From contig JAUCBJ010003460.1 of assembly GCA_032718475.1 (NCBI GenBank), forward strand, positions 1-39,897: a stretch of DNA of 39,897 nucleotides, in the 5' to 3' direction. This stretch comes from Nemertoderma westbladi (Eukaryota > Animalia > Xenacoelomorpha). Below are positions 23,601 through 35,600 of this stretch, piece by piece; the stretch's first letter is position 1, and every line of letters starts with the position of its first letter. The notes under the pieces are model-generated. The model was not told where the DNA came from. It did no database searches and saw only the letters and a list, made by a program, of their open reading frames with translations. The position numbers were made by a program, and so were the translations under genes.

Positions 23601-26600
23601 TTTCTCTACTAGTGTTTACTCTACATGTGTTTACTTTACTAGTGTTTACTCTACTAGTGTTTACTCTACTTGTGTTTACTCTACTAGTGTTTACTCTACT
23701 AGTGTTTACTCTACTTGTGTTTACTCTACTAGTGTTTACTCTACTAGTGTTTACCCTACTTGTGTTTACTCTACTTGTGTTTTCTCTACTAGTGTTTACT
23801 CTACATGTGTTTACTTTACTAGTGTTTGCTCTACTAGTGTTTACTCTACTTGTGTTTACTCTACTAGTGCTTACTCTACTAGAGTTTTCTCTACTAGTGT
23901 TTACTTTACTAGTGTTTACTCTACTTGTGTTTACTCTACTAGTGTATACTCTACTAGTGTTTACTCTACTAGTGTTTACTCTACTTGTGTTTACTCTAGT
24001 AGTGTTTTCTCTACTAGTGTTTACTCTACTAGTGTTTACTCTACTTGTGTTTACTCTACTAGTGTTTACTCTACTTGTGTTTACTCTACTTGTGTTTTCT
24101 CTACTAGTGTTTACTCTAAATGTGTTTACTTTACTAGTGTTTACTCTACTAGTGTTTACTCTACTTGTCTTTACTCTACTAGTGTTTACTCTACTAGTGT
24201 TTACTCTACTTGTGTTTACTCTACTTGTGTTTTCTCTACTAGTGTTTACTCTACATGTGTTTACTTTACTAGTGTTTACTCTACTAGTGTTTACTCTACT
24301 TGTGTTTACTCTACTAGTGTTTACTCTACTAGTGTTTACTCTAGTAGTGTTTTCTCTACTAGTGTTTACTCTACTAGTGTTTACTCTACTAGAGTTTTCT
24401 CTACTAGTGGTTACTCTACTAGTGTTTACTCTACTTGTGTTTACTCTACTAGAGTTTTCTCTACTAGTGGTTACTCTACTAGTGTTTACTCTACTTGTGT
24501 TTACTCTACTAGAGTTTTCTCTACTAGTGGTTACTCTACTAGTGTTTACTCTACTTGTGTTTATTCTACTAGTGTTTACTCTACTAGTGTTTACTCTACT
24601 AGTGTTTACTCTACTAGTGTTTACTCTACTAGTGTTTACTCTACTAGTGTTTACACTATTTGTGTTTTCCTATGTGATTTCAGGATGTGTGTGTATAAAC
24701 TGGCAAAATAGCAGGAAGTATTAAATTGTGAAAGAGTTAAAAAATTAAAATGTAGTAATTTCCTAAATTGCGTTCAATATAAAACATAGTAATAATGAAA
24801 TTGACAAAACACAAAATCAAAATTACATTAAAATCACACAATATTAGTTAAAATCTTATTATTATTTATATTTTATGCAATAATAAATAAGAGGATATTT
24901 CTGTAAATATTTACTATTAAAGGTAAACATTTATATTATACATTAATAAAATAGGAAGTTTCCGGAAATTCCCAACATTCCCTGACTCTCATCACTAATT
25001 TGGTCATCTGCTCAATTGGCTTTACACTCCGATGTTATGCTCCATTTTTTTGCATTATCTCGTGAACTAATCATTTTAGTTGTAATGTCATTACTATCCT
25101 AGTATATTGATAAAATTTATATTTATTACTTGGTTTGTTTTTTTTTGTTTCGATATAAAACAAGCAATCTCTTCGATAGTGGCATTATTCAACAACTGTC
25201 GTAATCGGCAATATATTTCTCGATTTTCGCGATTGGAAGCCCTTTTGATCTCTAGTATTCGGGTTAATTATAGTTTTATATTGCAGATCTTTATGTAAAC
25301 GCTGTGGTGCGGATTGAATCTGAGGATTACGATAGATTCACAGACGAAGCTCGAGCCCACACCGCTGCCATGGTGCAAGAGATGAGGGAGATAGCCGCTG
25401 GGCCTGAAGGATTACCTTCAAAGAAAGGTCAACAACCTCCGACCCAGACAGTTAGTTACAATACTGAAACATGTTGAATTGTACAGTTATACATAGTTTA
25501 CCTAATCTATTAATCACTGAGGAGGTAATAAGTGACGCATTCCTACGATAAAACATTTTACAATTATTACTAAAAGGTTTCCATTACAAAATAATTTAAA
25601 TCAACATTATAACTCATAGTACAACCACAATCAATCTTTCGTCTTATTTTTTTTAACTTCTTCCTAGACCGAACCAACTGATGAACAGAAGAAGGAACTA
25701 GAATGTAAGAGGCAATCTATAACAATGTTCTGGAAACACTTCGAGACAGTACTAAAGGTGCCCAAACCCAAATCGAAACTATTTGATCTCGCCAGACTTA
25801 GTAAAACCGTTGAGAATTCTATAATCCCGATGGACTTTGAAGACCAAAGTGACAGGTTTGTTTAAATGAGCTATTTTCCCGGTTTCGACCCAAAATTTAA
25901 TATTTTTATGTTAAAATTTAAGGATGCGAACTGGAATGATCCGTATAGGAGGATTTTTCCGGATTAACGTACCCCCCCCCCCCCCCCCCCCCACCCCCAC
26001 CTCCCCTCCCTAAGATAATAGTGTAAAGTTTATCGTATATAATATTAGCTAAGCAAAGTAGTACTTTATGTTACACCTTGGTGACAAATATACTTACATA
26101 CAGAATATATACTATATAAATGATACTACTGGCGATCATAACAGCCATTAAATATTGTCTTTATCGTGTCCTGGGGGTGGTAAATATTGGCCTATTAGTT
26201 TCATTCTCTTTGAGACAAAAGATTTAGCGATTTTGTCCCAGAAGGATCGCGCTTTTAGGATCTGGAACGGACCTTCACTGTCAGCGGGTTTTATTAACGG
26301 TAAAACTATCTGATCCAGAACGTCTTCAGCCACCCCAACCGCCATTTGTGTTACGTTCCTCAGTGGAACGTAAGTCTCTCCCATGAAGGAGTCCGAGAGG
26401 AACACATTTCTATCCATCACGGTGACTCTAATAGCTGCCGCATCGCTTCTAAACTTATTCCTTGGAACCGCTCCGAAATGGAAACTAATTCCGAAACAAG
26501 GATTCAGGTTCCTATCCTGAACCCCCGTCTTATAAGATTTCCAACTAGGGAACCTGTTTTCAGGTATTAAGTCCACTATAGCGTATGGATCACTCAATCC

Positions 26601-29600
26601 GTTACGATCCATTCCTATTAGATTGGCTGCGTCTTCTAGACGAACACATATGGTGTACTTGTTACCAGTCTCTTCCATGAATCCCGTTCGTATTGTTACT
26701 TGGCCGTAATCGGCCGTGTTTGTCAAAGAGTTTTCTTCTACAGACCTGTAATACTCCTGGATTAATTCAACCGTCGTTAAACTGTTTAACCTCAGCAAGG
26801 CCTTCAAGGATTTATGATCTTCATTACGGAATTCTTCCATCGGTATTCGACATCGTTGGAAATATACTTCGAGTCCACTTAATTCTCTGCCGATTTTGAG
26901 GTAATATTCTGGTTCTTGTCCGTTAACCAGTCCTTGGAATATACTCTTCATCAACACGGTCCATACTGCCTTAACTACAGTTGGGTACAACGAGCTCATT
27001 AATCGCGAGTTCAAGGTGTACAAGTTGTTATCGAGATATCCCATTAACATGTCGGAACCTCTTTGGTTGCCAACCTTCGCAACCAGGTAGTTAACGTATC
27101 TCTTTATGTCCGGTGTCATTTTATCTCCTATTTGATGGATAACTGAAGTACATTTCGCGTCTATTTCACGATTTGCTGTTGTTAAGAGTCGGTTTAAGGT
27201 GTCCAAGTACTTCGTGCCCACAAGATCATCAGAGTGAACTAATTGTACTTCGCATGCGACCCACTTCCATTTCAACAATCCGGGAAGTTTCTCCATATAT
27301 TGCCTTACATGCTCGATGTTGTTTAACGCGGTACATAGTTTCGCCGTGACGTCAAACTCTCCGCTCCTTTGACTTTCGTTCAAATATTTATTCACCAAAT
27401 GTTCGTAGACTTCTTCAGTGTATATGACCGCGCAATCACAAATCATGTCTGTTATCTTTGTGACAGCCAAACTCTGACTGTCGATATCTTTGTACTCGAT
27501 CTGTCCCCACTCTGCGGTTATCGCCTCGAAACAGGATAAAACGTCGAGCGACGAGTGACTGAATCGTACGTCCGCGTCGATTGTGGTCACATCCGCGTCC
27601 AGTACCAAGGCCTTATGGACACGCCGCACTGCTTCCGTTTTGAACGTCTGCAACCAGAATATCAAGGCCTTATTGAACCACTTCTGGTAGCCTCTGAGGG
27701 TCAACTCCCTGGGGATTCTGTCAGCGAAAGTGTTGCCTAACATCGATACAAGCCCCTTCAGCACCATATAAAGACGGATTGAGGCTCGACTAGTGGACAC
27801 AATAATCTCCTGACAGTTTTGGTTACAAAGTTGGTACCGATCAAGGTCTTCCAATATTTGCCTGGCTTTACTTCCCAGAATTTTATCGAGAGTTGCAAAT
27901 ACAACTTTGTAATAATCGATATCGTAGACATTGAAGAAATCAATGTAATGTTTGTATGGTCTGTTTAAAGCTCTTGCCATTTCTTCTGTTGCTATGCGTA
28001 TGTTTTTTACCCTAGTAACCACCAAAGTTTCACTCGGGTTTATTTTTTCTGTTACCCATTGCGTCACTGATTCTTTGATTAATGTTGACGTCCTTCCAGC
28101 AAAAGCGCATTTTGGACTTTGAGGAGTGATGTGTTTCCAGACATTCATTGACAGAAGGTGATTAAGAAATTTCCATCTGTCAACTAGACAATTGAATACA
28201 TCTGTAGCCAAAGGAAGAAATAACGCCAACTTTCCCAAATCTTCGATCATTTCATCTGAAAATGTTTTAACTAATTTTAATAGTTTAGTTATTTCAAAAT
28301 GCGACAACTTTTTGGTGAGATGGTGAGTTGCACTTTTAGAAGCTCTCGTCGCCACTTCGCATGATTTATTAACGTTATCAACGGCGTTCATTAGTGTTGT
28401 ATCCTCCACAGAATGGTGAACGTGCCACTGAAGTATAACAACCAACATTATCATGCCCTTCTCTAATTGGCTAAGACGACATTGAACTGCGAAATGGTTT
28501 ATGATTATCCTACTGGTTAAGCTTAAAGGCCCCTTCCACGGTTCACTGTGAATCAACGAATACTGAAGGGCCTCGTACTTATGGAGTTGGTGACATAAAC
28601 TGTAGAAATCTTCGGTAGAATAGGTGCCGTATAGAGTATTAGCGGATATATCCGCGTTTTTTGAGGACGCGAACTCGATACAAAGACGGACTTCCCCGGT
28701 GATACCCAATGACGTCATCCAACCACGCGAGTGCAACTTAAACCACTGGTCAACCCCGGTGCAGGAAATATATTTAAGCGGGATTTCTATCTGCCCGAGG
28801 AAACAATGGGATTCATCTTTCTTCGCGTTGAATAGCGACTTACCGAATAGCGCTTCTTCGCAGCAGAGTTCACCAGATGATTCATCCCAGACTGATAGAT
28901 GGAGGAATTCCTCGTCGAAGTTTCGCAACTCGAATGAGAACTGTTGGTTCCACTGCGGCGAGCGAGAGTTTTCGTCCGTGTCGCTTCTACTAATGTGTTT
29001 CATACCGGGTACGACGTCAAACTTATTACTTTCAGTTTGAACGTCCAGCATACAGTAGGGACTACACAAGGATATGAGGTCGTGGGCCTTTAACGACTTC
29101 GCTTCTACCACGGTGCAGTGTAGAGTGAGTTGGTTCCGGGAGGTTTTTATCTCGTGTTTCAACCACCGTTCGTGTTTCTTACGGTCTACGCCGAACACCG
29201 TCTGCACGTGATCCGCTAACATTTCGGTTGTAATCTCAACGTTGTTGTCAAGGAGATCGAACTGACCAATCAGCGACACGATAGACCTCAATATACTCCT
29301 GTAAAACATTTCTAATTGATTCTGAAACTTTCTGTAACTGTGACGACGCCGTAAGGGATATATTGCGTCAGTGTGTTTCCGGCAACTAGATTTTCTCCGG
29401 ATTTCAATCAACATGTCCGAAGATTCATCGTCACTTTCCGAATCCGTGTCCGTACTAAAGTCGCTTGTGGTTTGTAGCCAATGGGGCCGATGGAATAAAC
29501 GACCTATAAGTGGTAAAGATGATAGACCTGTACTTAAGGAAGTGTCACTCCCACTCATATTTAATATATAATATCCTCAAAGATCCCAAATAATGTCACT

Positions 29601-32600
29601 AAATATTAATTTAATATACAAAACTCGTTGTTTGACAGTTTATCTAAGATATAAATAATAATTTATCCTATAATATAATATATGTATTAAATGTTTGCGT
29701 AATATTCTATGGCGGACGACCTTCTGTTGGCTTTGCCTCATAAACTACTTACAAAGTGCGGCTAGCACAGCACCTGTTGTTCATTGCGGATGGACTTGTA
29801 GATGAGTCATTAACAATAGGCCTGGACGTCAAACCATTTTTACCACCCACACTAATTTATTATTCCATAGGTCGTGTTAGTATAGTACGACTTTAAATCC
29901 TTGGGCTTTACTTTAACGAAAGTCCTATATAGACAAGAGGTATTTTATTTTTAGCTAGTTGAAATATTATAAAATAATAGTAATGCAAAAAGTAAAAGTA
30001 AAGTAAAGTAAATTTTCTTCGGCCGCTAGGCCAAGGGTTACGCACAAAGTCTGACGACTTATTTCCAGTGCGGTCCCCCCAGAACTTTACTCCCCAGAGG
30101 AAACTCCAGTACTCATTTAGCTACCACTTAAGGATGCAAGGCAGATATGCGCCCTGGCTGGTCCCTTTAAAGCATTCGTGCCGAAACGAAAACTGCCCTG
30201 GCCCATGTGAGGATCGAACCCACGACCTACAGGAGATGTGAATTCAATGCAACCACTATACCAAGGTGGAAGGATCCTCCACTATACCAAGGTGGAACCT
30301 CCACTATACCAAGGTGGAACCTCCACTATACCAAGGTGGAACCTCCACTATACCAAGGTGGAACCTCCACTATACCAAGGTGGAACCTCCACTATACCAA
30401 GGTGGAACCTCTACTATACCAAGGTGGAACCTCCACTATACCAAGGTGCAACCTCCACTATACCAAGGTGGAACCTCCACTATACCAAGGTGGAACCTCC
30501 ACTATACCAAGGTGGAACCTCCACTATACCCAGGTGGAACTTCCACTATACCAAGGTGGAACCTCCACTATACCAAGGTGGAACCCCCACTATACCAAGG
30601 TGCAACCTCCACTATACCAAGGTGGAACCTCCACTATACCAAGGTGGAACCTCCACTATACCAAGGTGCAACCTCCACTATACCAAGGTGGAACCTCCAC
30701 TATACCAAGGTGGAACCTCCACTATACCAAGGTGCAACCTCCACTATTCCAGGGTGGAACCTCCACTATACCAAGGTGGAACCTCCACTCTACCAAGGTG
30801 GAACCTCCACTATACCGAGGTGGAACCTCCACTATACCAAGGTGGAACCTCCACTATACCAAGGTGCAACCTCCACTATACCAAGGTGGAACCTCCACTA
30901 TACCAAGGTGGAACCTCCACTATACCAAGGTGCAACCTCCACTATACCCAGGTGGAACCTCCACTATACCAAGGTGGAACCTCCACTATACCAAGGTGGA
31001 ACCTCCACTATACCAAGGTGGAGCCTCCACTATACCAAGGTGGAACCTCCACTATACCAAGGTGGAACCTCCACTATACCAAGGTGGAACCTCCACTATA
31101 CCAAGGTGGAACCTCCACTATACCAAGGTGGAACCTCCACTATACCAAGGTGGAACCTCCACTATACCAAGGTGGAACCTCCACTATACCGAGGTGGAAC
31201 CTCCACTATACCAAGGTGGAACCTCCACTATACCGAGGTGGAACCTCCACTATACCAAGGTGGAACCTCCACTATACCAAGGTGGAACCTCCACTATACC
31301 AAGGTGCAACCTCCACTATACCAAGGTGGAACCTCCACTATACCAAGGTGGAACCTCCACTATACCAAGGTGGAACCTCCACTATACCAAGGTGGAACCT
31401 CCACTATACCAAGGTGGAACCTCCACTATACCAAGGTGGAACCTCCACTATACCAAGGTGGAACCTCCACTATACCAAGGTGGAACCTCCACTATACCAA
31501 GGTGGAACCTCCACTATACCAAGGTGGAACCTCCACTATACCAAGGTGGAACCTCCACTATACCAAGGTGGAACCTCCACTATTCCAAGGTGGAACCTCC
31601 GCTATACCAAGGTGGAACCTCCACTATACCAAGGTGGAACCTCCACTATACCAAGGTGCAACCTCCACTATTCCAAGGTGGAACCTCCACTATACCAAGG
31701 TGGAACCTCCACTATACCAAGGTGGAGCTTCCACTATACCAAGGTGGAACCTCGGTTCAATGCGGTTTTGATGTAAATCTTAGGGACAAATAGACACCTT
31801 GTTACTGTTTTTGTACTTACTCGCTATGTTCGTTCTTGTTTCGTTTAACAAACAATGTAAACATTAATATCATCACAATGAAACACTTTAATCCAAAACA
31901 AATGTTACTATAAGTAATTACTAAACTGCTTTGCTTTATAGATTGAGTTTCGGTGCGCAGCTGTACGAGTCTGTGGCCTGCCAGATGTATGACCTTCTAG
32001 ACAGTCGACGCCAATATAAAAATTACTTGAACCACCTGAAGCTGACTAGAGTCCCTATTGTAAGATCGAGCACTGCCCCGCTCGAGGTATGTTTATAATT
32101 AATGCTAATATTATTAATAAATTCTAGTGATGATTGAATTTTATCTAAACGCAGATAGCTGGACTTTCGACGCAATCAAAAGAATCCCCTCTCCAGAGGA
32201 AAGTCCGATTAATCGCTGAAATATAACTGTAACATGTTCTATTAACTTTAGTTTATTGTTTTGGTTAGATTAACATGCCACTGTAACCTGCTTCTTTCCC
32301 GTAGTTGATAATTTATTTGCATTGATACGATATATTAATGGATAGGCCGTTTGTTTGTTTTCTCAGGAGCCGAAACCGGTAGTCCCGGAACCGGCCCCGG
32401 CAAAGTCCCCTCGCGATAAGTCCCCCTCCGCGCGGAAATCTCAGGCTGCGGTGCCGGCACCAGCGGTGGAGGACAGTAAAGAGGAGAGCGACCCCTGGGT
32501 GGGGCTGGACAACGAGGTCGATATGAGATACTACAAGGAGCTAGTCGACACGGTTCCGTTGGAAAGCGTTTCCGTTTCTCTAATAGTACATTGTATGCTC

Positions 32601-35600
32601 GAACAGGTAGGTGTTACACATTATCATCGATTCACTTATTACTAATTCCAATTATTATAAATTGAAGAATACCAGGTTTTCACTTTCCGGTTGATATTCT
32701 ATTCGAATTTTATATATCGATATGAAGAATTTGTATTTTTTCAAATTTCTCCTTATTTAGGTTTTATATAGCGCTTATTTCTGTCTTATAAGTATAACCT
32801 GTATAGATTCTTATTCGTTTATTGTTTTGGTTAGAATCAGCCCTTCTGAAACCTGTGGTGAGGAATTTATTTAAAAAGTAAACAGTTAGAGAGTAAATTT
32901 CTGATTAAAGTTTGTTGCTTGCGAATGAAAACTTTATTATGTAGATAATAATATATAATGAGTATAAATGAATATAATAAGTTGTAAATTATTACTCCTA
33001 AATATTTTTTATACTTTGCCCCCATACGTGTTACAAATCAATTCGCGACTTTCTGGTATTTTAACGAACCTACTATTTAGATTACGGCATACGAGAAGGG
33101 TTTGCCCCCGCCCTCGGAGCATCCAGTTACCATAGCAACCGGCAACAACCTGGACTCTGGATTAGCCGCCCGGTTGGCCGCTGCCGCCGGTGGCTTGTCG
33201 CTTAGCGACGAGGATCGTGGGGTTCTAGAACGAGAGATTCAGCGCCCGTTGCCCAACGTGCGGGGTGAGACGCCGTACGATGGACAACCAAAGATTCTAC
33301 ACTGCCGGGATAATATCGCGCTGCGGACCCAACACCTAAAAACCATCAACGGACTCAACCCACAGCAGGTGCGTGTTTTATTGTCGAACAGATTCAGAAC
33401 AATCATTAGCGAACAGATTCAACTAGGATTAGTTATATTGGCATACGAAACATTGGGAAGCGACCATAGTATAATTACACATTTATTATAGGAACTGTTC
33501 TAAGGGAACTAGGACAATTGCCCTCCGGACAAAAATGGAATGTTTTCTTAGGGTTTTGTGAAATTCAAGTTAAAATATTAACCTTCATCACAACTTCTAA
33601 ACTTTTAATTTTTATGTATTTTTCAAAATATTTTTATTTTAAAATAAGTAATTTTATTGTTTGGTAGGTAAGTGTCCTCGGGGGCAATTGTCTGGGGGAA
33701 ATTGTCCTCTGGGGTAATTTTCCGGGGGACAATTAGTCAGGAGGGGGGTAAGTGTCTAGTATAATTACTATTGTGACTCACCGACCCACTATCGCATGAC
33801 ATAAGTTGACTGTACACAGACGGCCGAACACCCGATAACATATTTATGTTCCCTACTCGCAGGCTGAGACAGACCTCCTTGGTCTACTGCCTTCCTCGTT
33901 GCTTAGTGATTTCCCTACACCGTCTACGGCCCTCACTAAAGAACGCCATGTCCGTCTACAGGAGGTGGTCCACCACTGCGCCAGGGGGGTGCTGTCCAAG
34001 GCCGAAATTGATCGGATATTTAAACAGTTCGTGTTCGAATGTCTCCAGGTTTGTGAAATCATCTTTATTATAGCTACCTCTTCATTAATTACAGGGACCA
34101 TTAACCCAAATGAAAGTGAAAATTTACGAAAATTTAAAAAATCGTTCATCTATTATTGTAGTTTGATAGAAGGGCTTTCATGTGGTGACACCGGTTTTTA
34201 CCAATTCGAGTTATTTTTTTCACCACAAAAAAAACCTTTAAAATTTGAAAATTTTGGAAATGTTTTTTTTTTACTTTTTTTATATAGAAAAAAGTATTTA
34301 AATTTTTTCGAAATTTTGACAACTTTCAATATTTTAACAAAGAAACAAGGAACAAAGAAAAATAATACCACAAAAATGCACATAATATTTGTGTAAACAT
34401 GAACAACTGTACGGTAGGTATTTATGGCTGATATCCATGACACTTTTTCTCAGTTTGTCCATTTTGACATTTTTCATCACTAATCGCGTACATCTCTTTA
34501 ATTTTTCACTCAACTTTTCATTAAACATATACCAAAATGTGCAGCCGCTTTTGCGCTACAATCGTGTAGTGGTTATTGGTTTTGTAAAACAAGTCCATGC
34601 GGATGTTCTAGATCCTATTTTGTAACTGCTACTCTTTGTCTATCACAAAATATAAATATAAAAATAAAAAAATATAGTCAGAACAAAGTAAAGCCGCCAT
34701 AAATATTTCGAAAACAATAATTTTTTGCTGAAATTTTCATAAAAGATTGCCTACTTAGGTCCATTGTGCCAAACTCTTGGACCGATCACTTCAACCCAAG
34801 TGGTATTACTGATCCTTCTATATGGGTAATTTTACATGAATGCATTTTACTATTTTGGAAAAAAAATCGACCTGCACAAAATGTGTCATATTTTACGAAC
34901 AAAACAGTTTACGAAGCTATCCAAACTCAGTTTTCATAGTAAAAGTTCATAGATCATGGAATTACATTTTCAAAATAGTAGCTTTATAAATAAAAAAAAT
35001 AGATTTGGGGTAATGGTCCCCTAACTAACATCAACTACACTGTATTTTTTGTTATTCACTAAAAATGTTTGCTGACAATTATTTATTATCCAATTATTAT
35101 AATCATTATAATAGATTACTTCAACGGGATAACAAAAATAATTTATTATATTGTTCTAGCTCACCTCAACCGATGACAATGGTTATTTACTTAACCCTGA
35201 TGGCCTCCCAATAACCGGTGATGGACTAATTCCTTGGGACTTCCCTTTTCCATACTTTTCTCATCTTAGTAAATCGATTCAGCAACATGAGGAGAGATTT
35301 GGTACTCCACAACCTAGTGTTCCATCCCAGGACGAAAGTAAGTTAGGGTGTGCATGCACTGGTAGACAACACCGTTGTCTGAGAGACAGGGCTGTCTGGA
35401 TTCGGTTCAATTCCTTACAAATGTATTATTTTTCTTTCCATCTGGCTAACATTTTAATTTCGCGAGAATTTATGTTTTCAGTAGTAGAAGAAACGAAACC
35501 TTCGGTCTCTGTGGACGGGCCTGAAACGACGAGAAGTCGTAAGAAACTGAGTAAACAGCATTCGAGGACATCATCGGAGGAGAAGCAGAGTGGAATAATG

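Noticed and set aside
18620-24724. 2034-aa, 896-aa and 1045-aa ORFs (VFTLL / VYSTS repeats)
   Set aside because: Artefacts of a stop-free 15-bp satellite, open in two frames with no unique domain and lying in a SPAG17 intron.
30200-30270. tRNA gene
   Set aside because: A and B boxes are present but I could not fold a convincing cloverleaf, and it is followed by a body and simple-repeat tail, which fits a SINE head.
30207-31793. Three overlapping ~500-aa ORFs
   Set aside because: All three frames are open because the 22-bp unit has no stop on this strand.
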